Assembly: GCA_016432645.1 (NCBI GenBank)
Contig: CP066698.1
Coordinates: 133,062 to 197,061 of the forward strand
DNA from: Candidatus Falkowbacteria bacterium
GTDB lineage: Bacteria > Patescibacteriota > Patescibacteriia > Patescibacteriales > UBA12465
Reading direction: 5' to 3'
DNA length: 64,000 nucleotides
The notes beneath the pieces were generated by a model that saw only the letters and a program-made list of their open reading frames with translations, did no database searches and was not told where the DNA came from. The position numbers and the translations under genes were made by a program. Shown piece by piece: positions 48,715 through 59,156 of this stretch. Numbering within the stretch: the stretch's first letter is position 1; the number at the start of each line of letters is the position of its first letter.

Positions 48715-49260
48715 TTAAACTTTTTTAATCTGTAAGAAATCCAATTCTACCGGAGTTTCGCGGCCGAAGAGGGAAACGGAAACTTTAACTTTACCCTTAG
48801 CTTCGTCAACAGCGGTAACCTTGCCTTCCATATTTTTGAATGGACCCTCGTTGATTTTAACTGGAGAACCGACAACCACGTCAATTTGAAATTTAGGATC
48901 TTCGACGCCCATTCTTTTCTGTAGAGATTTAACTTCGGCTTCGCCGATTGGAGTAGGGATGGTGCCGGTGCCGATAAAGCCGGTAACATTCGGGGTATTT
49001 CTGACAATATACCAAGATTCATCGGTTACCACCATTTCTACTAAAATATATCCCGGAAAGATTTTTTCTTCAGTAACCTTGCGTTTACCATTTTTAATCT
49101 TAATTTTTTTCTCGGTCGGAATTAAAATGTTGAAGATTTTATCTTCCATGTCCAAGGAGTCAACCCTTTGTTTTAGGTTTTGCGCGACGTTTTCTTCATA
49201 ACCAGAATAAGTATGGATAACGTACCAGCGTCGGCCTTGATTTAAAAGTTGTTTGGCCAT
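48715..49260 (-). CDS. nusG: Transcription elongation factor NusG
   Basis: WYVIHTYSGYE, FPGY, KOW domain, FGRETPVEL. Confidence 0.98.
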   Translation of the reverse strand: MAKQLLNQGRRWYVIHTYSGYEENVAQNLKQRVDSLDMEDKIFNILIPTEKKIKIKNGKRKVTEEKIFPGYILVEMVVTDESWYIVRNTPNVTGFIGTGTIPTPIGEAEVKSLQKRMGVEDPKFQIDVVVGSPVKINEGPFKNMEGKVTAVDEAKGKVKVSVSLFGRETPVELDFLQIKKV

Positions 49261-49290
49261 AAATTTTTACTTTAAGAACTATTTATTTTT

Positions 49291-49470
49291 TTAAACGATG
49301 AATTGAAGACCTAAATTGAAAATAAAGTCTAAGGCGCCCAAAAAGACGGCGACAGCTAAGCTGATTCCGATTACTAGGATAGTGTAGTTATAAGTTTCTT
49401 TCTTGGTTGGCCAAGTTACTTTTTTCATCTCGGAGACAGACTCCTTAAGATAGTTGGTTAATTTGTTCAT
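49291..49470 (-). CDS. secE: Preprotein translocase SecE
   Basis: EMKKVTWP plus one TM; ATG 49470. Confidence 0.95.
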   Translation of the reverse strand: MNKLTNYLKESVSEMKKVTWPTKKETYNYTILVIGISLAVAVFLGALDFIFNLGLQFIV

Positions 49471-49678
49471 ATTGACTAAAAATAGGTAATTAAAAATAGC
49501 CTTTTTGGCCACTTTTTTATCTATTGAAATAATACAAAATTGACGGAAGCTTGTCAAGCGTTTTTTGGCAGGAAATAGGGAAATTAACGTTAATGCTTAA
49601 AATGTCATTTTTTGTCAAATAAAAACCGGCTCATTTGACAATCTTGAGATTGCGCGTGAGCCGGTTCTTTTTCAAATT

Positions 49679-50143
49679 TTAATCAATTTCTTGGGCTTTT
49701 TTAAAAGCATCCTTGATTTTTTGCAATTCTTGCAAATTTGTTTCCGCCTGGTTGGCCGCGTTTTGCGCTTTTATGGCCAGTTTTGTGTAGTGGCTGGATA
49801 AATTTTCCTGCGTGTTTTTTTCTTTTTCCAAATTCTGTTGCTTAACTTTCATAAAAGTGGGCAAGAGCAGGTCAATTTCTAACTGCCTGATTTTAACAGG
49901 AATTTTCCAATCAATTCGTAGCACTGCGATAAATAAAGTAGTTAAAATAATCAGAAAATACCATAAGCCTGGATTGTGGATAATGTGCCCCTTTCTTTTC
50001 AGCCACGATTGAAATAAAAGGATAGCAAGGCCGATTATTATTATCATCGATACTTTGATGGCGATAATCAATGGACGTCTTTTTTTCTTCTTAAGAAAAT
50101 CGCTGGCGTCTTCCGCTAGGGTTGTCAAGCTAATTTTTTCCAT
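49679..50143 (-). CDS. Hypothetical 2-TM coiled-coil protein
   Basis: Own TTGACA promoter (about 50216) and terminator (49621-49672). Confidence 0.65.
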   Translation of the reverse strand: MEKISLTTLAEDASDFLKKKKRRPLIIAIKVSMIIIIGLAILLFQSWLKRKGHIIHNPGLWYFLIILTTLFIAVLRIDWKIPVKIRQLEIDLLLPTFMKVKQQNLEKEKNTQENLSSHYTKLAIKAQNAANQAETNLQELQKIKDAFKKAQEID

Positions 50144-50345
50144 TTTAATTTATTTATGTGAGACAATTTTAAATGAACAATCAGTTAATACTAGAATAAT
50201 TATGTGTTTTTGTCAACGCTTGTATTTTTTTCTTTGATTAAATTAAATTTTTGTTTTTTTATTGCCTTTTAAGACCAAACAATATACAATATTAAAGTAA
50301 GCGGAGCCCGAATCCAGGGTTTTGCGTTAAATTTAATTTTTCAAT

Positions 50346-52073
50346 ATGGTTAGTCCAAATTTGATTAGACGCAAGGAGGCTGATGAGCCTGTGGAAATTA
50401 ATAGTAATACTAAAAAACTTTTTCAGGTTGTCTATAGCGAGCAGAATGCAAAAGACGAGCCGGACCAAGATGCCCCGGTTATTAGGGTTTCACAATTGAT
50501 TTCTCGCTTAGCCTTTGTTTATGAGAAAGTAAGAAACGCGGTTGATTATGAAGAAGATCATCTTTTGCGCAAGAATGCGATTGCCAGAATTTTACACCGC
50601 CAAGTGGTGATTGAGGGCGTTTTAAAAGACATCAACAGCAAGGAGCTCGCCAGCCATTTATTGGTAGAACTTATTAGAGGCGGTTATTTGCCAAACAATA
50701 AAGTCCCGGAAACTAAAATTGCCGAGGTGGCTTTGATGTTGGAAAAATATATCAGTTTAAAAAATCAAATCTCCGCCAAACTGGCGCCGGCCTTAAATAT
50801 TCATTCCGATATTGTTGAAGCTAAAGACCATTTAAATGAAAAAAATAGCCTGGTCCGCTGGCTGCTTAATATGGCCGCTTGTGAAATTGAGGAAATTTTA
50901 GCGCCCAATAAAACTAAGCAGGTGATTGTCAGCAATATGTTTGATATTCTTTCAAGCGATATTGTTTTACCTAAAGAATTGCCTTACGAAAATGATTTGG
51001 AAATTCAAATTTATTTAAGTATCGGCCGGAAGTTCTTAAAATTTGATTCAGAAATGCTCAGTTTCGTACTGTTTAAATATTATAATGATTCTTGGTTAGA
51101 AATTGGCCATGACGGAGAGTTGTCTGCTGAAGATGATAAAAGATTAAAAAAAATTGCCGCCAATATCAAAGAGCTCCATAGCAGGATTACCGGGCAGTTG
51201 TCCCATCCGCTGGCCAAACAATTAGATAAAATTGTTAGACGCTATTCTTTATATTTTAATGTTTTATTGGAAACCATAGAGAATGATCCGGCTAAAGTTT
51301 ATGCTGAAATTCAAAAAGGTGAGAAGGGGTTTTTAAATTTGGTTCGAAAAACTTGTGAAAAAAAATATAATAAAGCCAAATCGCGTTTATGGCGGGCAGC
51401 GATGCGCAGTATTATTTATATTTTTTTAACTAAATCCATTTTCGTTTTTTTAATAGAAATTCCAGCTATCCATTGGTTTGATGAGCCTTTAAACCCGGTT
51501 TCATTGGCGATTAACGTCGCGTTCCCGGCAATTTTGTTGTTTTTTATCGTTTTAATGACGCAAAAACCGCAGACCGATAACACGGACATGATTGTTGAAG
51601 GAATCAAGGAAATTTCTTTTATCGGCCGCGAGAAGAAACAACCGTTAATTTTACGCCCGCAGCGCAAAAGAAGTTTTTGGGCAAGCGCCATTTTCAATCT
51701 TATTTATTCCGCCTCATTTTTATTTTCAATTTATATTATTATCAGCGGTCTGAATTTTATTGGCTTTAACTGGGTCAGTATTACCATTTTCTTATTTTTC
51801 TTAGCCTTCGTGAGCTTCTTCAGTATTTTAGTTTCTCGCGGCGTCAAGGATTTGATGATTATTGAGCGTAAAGAAAATTTAGGAACATTTATCATCGATT
51901 TATTTTATATGCCAATTATTTTAGTCGGGCGCTGGTTATCAAATAATATTTCTCGAGTTAATATCTTTATTTTTATCTTCGATTTTATTATTGAAGCGCC
52001 GTTTAAGATTTTGGTGGAAGTGGCTGAAGATTGGACTAAATATGTTCGCGAACGCCGCGATAATATGGAATAA
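50346..52073 (+). CDS. CPR conserved membrane protein
   Basis: YEKVRNAVDYEEDHLLRKNAI...FIFDFIIEAPFK; C-terminal TMs. Confidence 0.8.
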   Translation: MVSPNLIRRKEADEPVEINSNTKKLFQVVYSEQNAKDEPDQDAPVIRVSQLISRLAFVYEKVRNAVDYEEDHLLRKNAIARILHRQVVIEGVLKDINSKELASHLLVELIRGGYLPNNKVPETKIAEVALMLEKYISLKNQISAKLAPALNIHSDIVEAKDHLNEKNSLVRWLLNMAACEIEEILAPNKTKQVIVSNMFDILSSDIVLPKELPYENDLEIQIYLSIGRKFLKFDSEMLSFVLFKYYNDSWLEIGHDGELSAEDDKRLKKIAANIKELHSRITGQLSHPLAKQLDKIVRRYSLYFNVLLETIENDPAKVYAEIQKGEKGFLNLVRKTCEKKYNKAKSRLWRAAMRSIIYIFLTKSIFVFLIEIPAIHWFDEPLNPVSLAINVAFPAILLFFIVLMTQKPQTDNTDMIVEGIKEISFIGREKKQPLILRPQRKRSFWASAIFNLIYSASFLFSIYIIISGLNFIGFNWVSITIFLFFLAFVSFFSILVSRGVKDLMIIERKENLGTFIIDLFYMPIILVGRWLSNNISRVNIFIFIFDFIIEAPFKILVEVAEDWTKYVRERRDNME

Positions 52074-52075
52074 TT

Positions 52076-52786
52076 ATGGGGATATTAAGAGTCGTCGGCA
52101 CTCCGATTGGCAATTTGGAAGACATTAGTCTGCGCGCTTTAAGAGTTTTTAAAGAGTCGGATTTTATTTTATGCGAAGATACGCGGGTGACGCGCAAGCT
52201 TTTGGATAATTATGAAATTAAAACGCCCACGATTTCTTATCATCAGCATTCCGGCGAACTTAAAGTTGATAAAATTTTAGCGCTCCTGGAAGAAGGGAAA
52301 AATTTAGCTTTAGTGACTGACGCCGGCACGCCGGGAATTTCTGACCCGGGAGGGAAATTGGTCTCGCTGGTGAGGGAAAAGTTGGGCGAGAGCGTTAAAA
52401 TAGAAAGTGTTCCTGGGCCGAGCGCGTTAGCGGCGGCGATTTCAATTGCCGGCATTGGTTTTGATCGCTTTTTGTTCTTAGGTTTTTTGCCGCATAAGAA
52501 GGGAAGACAGACCATGCTTAAAGAAATTTCCGCCAGTGCCTACCCGGCAATTGTCTACGAATCAAAGCATCGAATTGTTAAACTATTAGAAGAATTGGAA
52601 AAATTTAATGAACATAAAGAGCCATATAAAGTCACTGTTTGCCGCGAACTTACTAAAATGTTTGAAAGTGTTTATGAGGGCGGTGCCGCTGAAATTTTGG
52701 CTGAATTATTGAAAGACACCAATAATTTAAAGGGTGAATTTGTGGTTATTATAAAAAAAGACAAACAAAATAAATATGAAGAATAA
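52076..52786 (+). CDS. rsmI: 16S rRNA C1402 2'-O-methyltransferase
   Basis: TPIGNLEDIS, CEDTR, DAGTPGISDPG, RELTK. Confidence 0.97.
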   Translation: MGILRVVGTPIGNLEDISLRALRVFKESDFILCEDTRVTRKLLDNYEIKTPTISYHQHSGELKVDKILALLEEGKNLALVTDAGTPGISDPGGKLVSLVREKLGESVKIESVPGPSALAAAISIAGIGFDRFLFLGFLPHKKGRQTMLKEISASAYPAIVYESKHRIVKLLEELEKFNEHKEPYKVTVCRELTKMFESVYEGGAAEILAELLKDTNNLKGEFVVIIKKDKQNKYEE

Positions 52787-54215
52787 TTTCTATATTACCA
52801 CCACTTTGCCCTATATTAATTCCGAGCCGCATATCGGATTTGCCGCGGAAATAATTAAGGCAGACGTTATTGCGCGTTATCAGCGCCAAGCCGGAGCTCA
52901 GGTTTTTTTTAATACCGGCACTGATGAGCATGGTTTAAAAATATTTATGAAGGCTAAGGCAATGGAGTTGCCGGTCCAAGAATATTGCGATTTATATTCG
53001 GCTAAGTTTAAGCCCCTCAAAGAGGCCTTGAATTTGAGCTATGATAAATTTATCCGCACCACTGATGAGCATCATCTGACAGCCGCTCAAGAATTTTGGC
53101 GACGCTGTGAAAAAAATGGCGATATTTATAAGAAAAATTATCAAGTTAAATATTGTGTTGGCTGTGAAATGGAAAAAACTGATTCCGAACTGGAAAATGG
53201 ACGCTGTCCTTTGCACTCCGGTATGGATTTAGAAATTATTGATGAAGAAAATTATTTTTTCCGTTTTTCCAAATATCAGGAACAATTAAGCGCTCTTTAT
53301 AAAAATAATCCCAATTTTGTTTTGCCTCCTAGCCGTTTAAAGGAGATAGAGGCTTTTGTTGATTCTGGTTTGCAGGATTTTAGTATTTCTCGTCAGAAAG
53401 AAAAAATGCCGCATGGCGTGCCGGTACCCGGCGATGATAATCAGGTAATGTATGTTTGGTTTGATGCTCTAGTTAATTATATTTCGACTCTTGGTTGGCC
53501 GGAAAATGAAGCTAATTTTAAAGAATATTGGCCGGGACTGCAAGTTTGCGGCAAGGATAATTTGCGTCCCCAGGCGGCCATGTGGCAGGCAATGCTGATG
53601 TCAGCCGGCTTAGCCAACTCTACCCAAGTTTTAGTGTTTGGTTTTTTGACCGTTAATGGCGCTAAAATCAGCAAGAGCGCGGGCAACACCATTGATCCGT
53701 TTCAACTCGTGGAAAAATATGGCAGTGATGCTGTACGTTATTATTTACTAGCGGAAATGTCTCCGTTTGAAGATGGTGATTATTCTGAAGATAAATTTCG
53801 AACGCGTTATAATGCTGATTTGGCTAATGGCTTAGGCAATTTAGCGGCGCGCGTTTCTAATTTGTTGGAAAAAAATGCTATCGCCACGGACTTGAAAGTT
53901 GAACTTGAAAATTCCAATATTCAAGAAACGGTTACTGCCTTTAGAGCTGCTATGCAGACTTATAAATTTAATGAAGCTTTGCAGGTAATTTGGGAAAAAA
54001 TTAAAGCTAGCGATGAAACTCTGAGTCGGGAAACCCCCTGGAAAATGACTGATAAATTGGAAATAGCTAAGTCTTTAAAACCGTTGGCACAGACAATTTT
54101 AAATCTCGCTTATTTATTGGAACCGTTTATCCCAGAAGCGGCGCAAACAATCCAAAAACAATTTTTAACTTCGCAAATTACCAAGGGAGCATCTTTGTTT
54201 CCTAGGTTAACTTAA
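52776..54215 (+). CDS. metG: Methionine--tRNA ligase (short form)
   Basis: HIGF, GTDEHG, YVWFDAL, KISKS; one Zn knuckle. Confidence 0.96.
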   Translation: MKNNFYITTTLPYINSEPHIGFAAEIIKADVIARYQRQAGAQVFFNTGTDEHGLKIFMKAKAMELPVQEYCDLYSAKFKPLKEALNLSYDKFIRTTDEHHLTAAQEFWRRCEKNGDIYKKNYQVKYCVGCEMEKTDSELENGRCPLHSGMDLEIIDEENYFFRFSKYQEQLSALYKNNPNFVLPPSRLKEIEAFVDSGLQDFSISRQKEKMPHGVPVPGDDNQVMYVWFDALVNYISTLGWPENEANFKEYWPGLQVCGKDNLRPQAAMWQAMLMSAGLANSTQVLVFGFLTVNGAKISKSAGNTIDPFQLVEKYGSDAVRYYLLAEMSPFEDGDYSEDKFRTRYNADLANGLGNLAARVSNLLEKNAIATDLKVELENSNIQETVTAFRAAMQTYKFNEALQVIWEKIKASDETLSRETPWKMTDKLEIAKSLKPLAQTILNLAYLLEPFIPEAAQTIQKQFLTSQITKGASLFPRLT

Positions 54216-54219
54216 AAAT

Positions 54220-54735
54220 ATGATTATTTTTGACATCGTCTTAGCCGTTATTTTAGCAATCTTTGTCTTTAGCGGTTTAAGAAAAGGATTAATCCGCTCG
54301 GTGGGCAGTATCATTGCCTTGATTATTGGTGCATATGTTGCCAGTAATTTTTATTTAACATTCTTTGAATGGGGCCGTTCGTTGGTTGCTAATCACGAAG
54401 CCGGAGGTAAAATTGCCGCCTTTATCATTTTATTTATCGCTGCCAGCAGTTTAACTAATTTAATTTTCTTTTTAATCGAGAAAGTTTTTAATCTCTTGGC
54501 AATTATTCCTGGCAGCCGTTATCTTAATAATATTTTAGGGGCGCTTTTAGGATTATTAGAGGGCTCATTATTTCTCGGTTTAATGGTATTTGTGGCCTCC
54601 CGCTACGCGCTTATCGGTAATTTATTGGGCGATAATTTAGCTAAATCAGTAATTGCCCCCTGGCTGTTAAAAGTCGTGAATATTATTTTGCCGGTTTTAC
54701 CAGAAGCTTTAAAGGCTCTTAAGTCAATTATTTAA
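54220..54735 (+). CDS. cvpA: CvpA family membrane protein
   Basis: D...G-x2-KGLI and LGALLG pattern, 4 TMs. Confidence 0.85.
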   Translation: MIIFDIVLAVILAIFVFSGLRKGLIRSVGSIIALIIGAYVASNFYLTFFEWGRSLVANHEAGGKIAAFIILFIAASSLTNLIFFLIEKVFNLLAIIPGSRYLNNILGALLGLLEGSLFLGLMVFVASRYALIGNLLGDNLAKSVIAPWLLKVVNIILPVLPEALKALKSII

Positions 54736-54742
54736 TAGCAGC

Positions 54743-55345
54743 ATGATAAAATTAGAAAAAAAATTGGCTGATTTTAAGCCCGCGGATTTTGATTTGATTT
54801 CGGTTTATCTTCATGCCGGCAAAGTTTTGGTATTGCCGACGGACACCATTTATGGACTTAGCTGTTTGGCGACTGATAGCGAGGCTATTAAAAAAATATT
54901 TAAATTAAAAAAAAGAGAAGCCCGCAAGCCTTTAATTACTTTGGTTTCCAGCGTGGCCATGGCCAAGCGCTATGTTAGCTTATCAAAGTTAGAAGCAGGT
55001 TTTTTAAAGACGTTGTGGTCGGCGCAAGCCCGGCCGACAACTGTAATTTTAAGAGCCAAAAATAATTTACCGGCAGAAATTATCAGCGATTCCGGCGGAC
55101 TTTCTTGTCGTTTGCCTAAATCTGATTTTTTAATTAAAATAATAAAGAAAGTTAATGCGCCGATTATCTCTACCAGCTTAAATTTAAGCGGTGAGGCCCC
55201 GCTTGTCGCCGTTGATAATTTAGATAATATTTTTGCCGGTAAAATCAAACCGGATTTAATAGTAAATACTGGTTTCGCTAAGAAAAAGAAACCTTCGCGC
55301 CTGGTTGATTTGCGCGGCGGAAATTTAAAAATAATTAGAAAATAA
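54743..55345 (+). CDS. tsaC: Threonylcarbamoyl-AMP synthase
   Basis: PTDTIYGL, K-x-R, STSLN-x-SG. Confidence 0.92.
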   Translation: MIKLEKKLADFKPADFDLISVYLHAGKVLVLPTDTIYGLSCLATDSEAIKKIFKLKKREARKPLITLVSSVAMAKRYVSLSKLEAGFLKTLWSAQARPTTVILRAKNNLPAEIISDSGGLSCRLPKSDFLIKIIKKVNAPIISTSLNLSGEAPLVAVDNLDNIFAGKIKPDLIVNTGFAKKKKPSRLVDLRGGNLKIIRK

Positions 55346-55346
55346 T

Positions 55347-56576
55347 ATGATTAAATATAGTCGTCAGCAAATTATTAGCGCCGCTTTTTTTCTGTTAGTA
55401 ACGCTTGGGATTTTTTCCGCAGGCCTGTATTTTGGCGGCAGCCAAAATAAAATAAATAAATCCGGAATTGCTTATTCTGAAGATGCCAAAAATATAGTTA
55501 ACGGCGGCCAAGAAGACAGCTTTGATTTTAATTTATACTTTGAAGTTTGGAATGCGCTCAAAAGTAATCATGTTGATAAGAATCAAATCAGCGATAAGGA
55601 TTTATTTTACGGCTCTTTGGAGGGTTTAGCCGCGGCGACTAAGGATTCTTACACGGTTTTTATGGATCCCGACACCACTCAAGAATTTTATGGAGATTTA
55701 TCCGGGACTTTTGAAGGGATTGGAGCAGAAATTGGCATGAGAAATGATGTCATTACCGTGATTGCGCCTTTAGATGGCATGCCGGCTCAAAAAGCGGGCT
55801 TGCGTTCCGGCGATAAAATTTATGCGATTAACGGGGAGTCGGCTCTTGGTTTAACTGTTAATGATGCCGTGAAAAAAATTAGAGGTCCTAAGGGAACTGA
55901 GGTTATTCTCACTATTATTAGGGGGGAAAGCAAGCCGGTTGATATCAAAATTACCCGTGATCAAATTTTTGTGGCCAGCATCAAGACCGAGATGCGTAAA
56001 GACGGTATTTATGTAATTAAGGTTAGCAGTTTTAATAATGATACTGACGATTTATTGAAAAAGGCAGTAGCGGAAATTGTTGCCAAACAACCTAAGGGCA
56101 TAATTTTAGATTTGCGCAATAATCCTGGAGGCTATTTATCTACGGCTGTTAATATGGCCAGCGAATGGATTGAAGAAGGCCCGGTAGTAGCCGAGCAATT
56201 TGGTGAAAATAAGCGTGAAGAGCATTTTTCTAACGGCAACGCTAAGCTTAAGAATTTTAAAACGGTAGTTTTGATAAATCAGGGAAGCGCTTCGGCTTCA
56301 GAGATTGTAGCTGGCGCTTTGAGAGATTATAAGAAAGCTACCTTGGTCGGTGAAAAGAGTTTCGGTAAAGGCTCGGTTCAAACAGTTAAGGATTTAAGCG
56401 ACGGCTCTTCTTTGAAAGTAACGGTGGCCGAATGGTTGACTCCGGCGGGTGATTCTATTAACGACAAGGGAATAGAGCCGGAAATAAAAGTGGAATTGAC
56501 GGAGAATGATGTTAATAAAGATTTAGACCCCCAGATGCAGAAAGCGATTGAATTATTAATTCCTAAGAAAAAATAA
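55347..56576 (+). CDS. ctpA: S41 C-terminal processing protease
   Basis: PDZ (GIGA), DLRNNPGG, SASASE, FGKGSVQ. Confidence 0.95.
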   Translation: MIKYSRQQIISAAFFLLVTLGIFSAGLYFGGSQNKINKSGIAYSEDAKNIVNGGQEDSFDFNLYFEVWNALKSNHVDKNQISDKDLFYGSLEGLAAATKDSYTVFMDPDTTQEFYGDLSGTFEGIGAEIGMRNDVITVIAPLDGMPAQKAGLRSGDKIYAINGESALGLTVNDAVKKIRGPKGTEVILTIIRGESKPVDIKITRDQIFVASIKTEMRKDGIYVIKVSSFNNDTDDLLKKAVAEIVAKQPKGIILDLRNNPGGYLSTAVNMASEWIEEGPVVAEQFGENKREEHFSNGNAKLKNFKTVVLINQGSASASEIVAGALRDYKKATLVGEKSFGKGSVQTVKDLSDGSSLKVTVAEWLTPAGDSINDKGIEPEIKVELTENDVNKDLDPQMQKAIELLIPKKK

Positions 56577-56623
56577 CTTGTAGGCGGCGAGGTTTCTTGT
56601 CGCCTATTTTAAAATATCTTACT

Positions 56624-58300
56624 ATGTCAAAATTGCCAGTAAAAACCAAAAAAAATAAAGACTTAGTTTCTGACCCGAAGTATATTTTTGTGGTCGGCGG
56701 CGTAATGTCCGGAGTCGGGAAGGGGGTAACCACCGCTTCCATCGGTCAAATTTTACAAGCGCGCGGCTACAATGTAAGCGCCATCAAAATGGATCCGTAT
56801 ATTAACGTGGACGCTGGAACGATGAACCCGATTGAGCACGGTGAAGTTTTTGTCACTGAAGATGGTGATGAAACCGACCAAGATATTGGCAATTATGAAA
56901 GATTTTTAAATAAGAATATCTATAAAGAAAATTACATGACTACCGGGCGGGTTTATCAGACAGTAATTGCTCGCGAAAGAAATTTGGAATATAAGGGAAA
57001 ATGCGTGCAAGTTGTGCCCCATATCCCAATGGAAATAAGGGATAGAATTGAGCGCGCTGTTAAAAAAACCGGTGCGGAAATTATGATTATTGAAATCGGA
57101 GGAACGGTTGGAGAATATGAAAATCTGTTATTTTTAGAAGCGGCCAGAGTAATGAAATTATACCGGCCCAAAGATGTTTTGTTCGTGATGGTTTCCTATC
57201 TGCCAATTCCCAATAAAATCGGCGAAATGAAAACCAAACCAACCCAGCATGCGGTTCGTAATTTACAAAGCGCCGGTATTCAGCCGGATTTCTTGGTTGC
57301 CCGCAGCGAGCGGATGATTGATCAAGCCCGACGCGAAAAACTTTCTATTAACTGCAATGTCGCTTTAGAAAGCGTGATTGCTGCGCCAGATGCTGATTCT
57401 ATTTATGATATCCCATTAAATTTTGAAAAAGATAATTTAAGCGAGCGCATTTTAGAAAAATTTAATTTGCCAAAAAAGAAAAGTAATAATGAGGAGTGGC
57501 AGAAAATGGTGCAAGCGACAAAAATTAAAACTCCCGAAGTGAATATTGGCATTGTTGGAAAATATTTTGCGAGCGGCGATTTTTCGCTTGGCGATTCTTA
57601 TATTTCCGTGATTGAAGCTATTAAGCATGCTGCCGCTTTTAATAAATGCAAAGTTAAAACTCATTGGTTAGGAGCGGAAGATGTTGAGAAACAAGGAATT
57701 AAAGCCTTCAAGGGCTTAGATGGTTTAATTATTCCTCAAGGTTGGGGCGGCCGCGGCGCTGAAGGGAAGATTGAAGCAATTAAATATTGCCGCGAAAAAG
57801 GAATACCATATTTTGGTTTATGTTACGGTATGCAGATGGCGGTGATTGAATTTGCCCGTAATGTCGCCGGTTTAAAAGAGGCTAATTCCGCTGAAGTAAA
57901 TCCTAAAACTCCAGACCCAGTTATTCACATCATGCCCGGTCAAGAGAAGCTTATTGAAGAAAAGGGTTACGGTGGCACTATTCGCTTAGGCGGCTGGCCT
58001 TGTAAGATACAGCCGGGAACTAAATTGGAAAAAGCTTACGCTAAATTTACTGATAAAAAAACCGTTTCCGAGCGTCATCGTCATCGTTATGAGTTTAACA
58101 ATGATTATCGCACTCGTTTTGCCGATTTAGGGCTAACTGTTGCCGGCACTTCACCGGATGGTAGTATTGTTGAGGCAATTGAGATTAAAAATCATCCCTT
58201 CTTTATTGGCGTTCAATTTCATCCGGAATATATCTCTCGCCCCTTAGCTCCGCATCCGCTATTTGTCGAGTTTATTAAGACTTGCAAGGGGAAGAAATAA
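56624..58300 (+). CDS. pyrG: CTP synthase
   Basis: GVGKG, KTKPTQ, LCYGMQ, RHRHRYE, QFHPE. Confidence 0.98.
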   Translation: MSKLPVKTKKNKDLVSDPKYIFVVGGVMSGVGKGVTTASIGQILQARGYNVSAIKMDPYINVDAGTMNPIEHGEVFVTEDGDETDQDIGNYERFLNKNIYKENYMTTGRVYQTVIARERNLEYKGKCVQVVPHIPMEIRDRIERAVKKTGAEIMIIEIGGTVGEYENLLFLEAARVMKLYRPKDVLFVMVSYLPIPNKIGEMKTKPTQHAVRNLQSAGIQPDFLVARSERMIDQARREKLSINCNVALESVIAAPDADSIYDIPLNFEKDNLSERILEKFNLPKKKSNNEEWQKMVQATKIKTPEVNIGIVGKYFASGDFSLGDSYISVIEAIKHAAAFNKCKVKTHWLGAEDVEKQGIKAFKGLDGLIIPQGWGGRGAEGKIEAIKYCREKGIPYFGLCYGMQMAVIEFARNVAGLKEANSAEVNPKTPDPVIHIMPGQEKLIEEKGYGGTIRLGGWPCKIQPGTKLEKAYAKFTDKKTVSERHRHRYEFNNDYRTRFADLGLTVAGTSPDGSIVEAIEIKNHPFFIGVQFHPEYISRPLAPHPLFVEFIKTCKGKK

Positions 58301-58357
58301 CCCAATAATAAATATCAAAAAAGACCGGTTAAGCCGGTCTTTTTTTATAATGAAACT

Positions 58358-58768
58358 TTATTTTTTAACAATCTTCTTCTTAGCAGCCTTTTTAACTGTT
58401 CTGTTTTTAGCTGCATTTTTAACGGCTGCCTTCTTTTTTCTGTCTTGTGCCGCCTCTGAAATCTTTTTCAATTCAGTCCGTTTTGCTTCGGTCATTGGAT
58501 AAACGCCGACCACCTTAGTAGTTTTTAAATTACCATCAAATTTCTTGAATTTTTTAGTGGAGAATTTAACAAAACCAGCCTGCATAGCGAATAAAGTGTC
58601 ATCATTGCCTTTTTTGACATTTACTCCAGGATGATATTTAGTTCCACGTTGTCTGATAATGATTGAGCCGGTTTTTGCCCATTCGCCATCTGTTAGTTTT
58701 ACGCCAAGACGCTTACTCTCTGATTCTCGTCCCAGAGAGGTTGAGCCGGCGGCTTTCTTATGTGCCAT
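58358..58768 (-). CDS. rpmA: 50S ribosomal protein L27 with Lys/Ala-rich C-terminal extension
   Basis: [18 protein letters not shown]. Confidence 0.97.
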   Translation of the reverse strand: MAHKKAAGSTSLGRESESKRLGVKLTDGEWAKTGSIIIRQRGTKYHPGVNVKKGNDDTLFAMQAGFVKFSTKKFKKFDGNLKTTKVVGVYPMTEAKRTELKKISEAAQDRKKKAAVKNAAKNRTVKKAAKKKIVKK

Positions 58769-58975
58769 ATTTGTGTTTTTTCATAAAAAATACGCTGGCC
58801 TTAAGGCTCGTATTTTTGTGATTAGCTTAGGTTTTATTTACTTAATATAACAAAAGCTTCTTAAATTGTCAAATGTCGTTTATTTGGCTATATTTTAGCA
58901 ATAAAAGTGGTTTTAATTTTTTTATAATATGCTATAATAGGAACATAAAATAATTAAAAAATAATTATTAATTTT

Positions 58976-59146
58976 ATGGTAAAAGTTGACGAAAATAAGT
59001 GTATCGGCTGTGGAATGTGCGCGGGTTTATGCCCGGAAACTTTTCAGATGAATGCCGATGGAAAAAGTGAAGTTTTAAATAATGCGGTAACGGATTGTGC
59101 TAAGAATGCGGCAGCCAATTGTCCCGTAGAGGCTATCACACTTTAA
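58976..59146 (+). CDS. Small ferredoxin, 56 aa (not in ORF track)
   Basis: MVKVDENKCIGCGMCAGLCP...CAKNAAANCPVEAITL. Confidence 0.93.
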   Translation: MVKVDENKCIGCGMCAGLCPETFQMNADGKSEVLNNAVTDCAKNAAANCPVEAITL

Positions 59147-59156
59147 TTAAAAATAT

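Noticed and set aside
49470..49680. tRNA-Trp or rpmG expected upstream of secE
   Set aside because: No cloverleaf or L33 ORF seen; only promoter-like sequence and a terminator.
49975..49983. Second DnaA box suggesting oriC
   Set aside because: Isolated and inside a CDS; no box cluster or dnaA/dnaN nearby.
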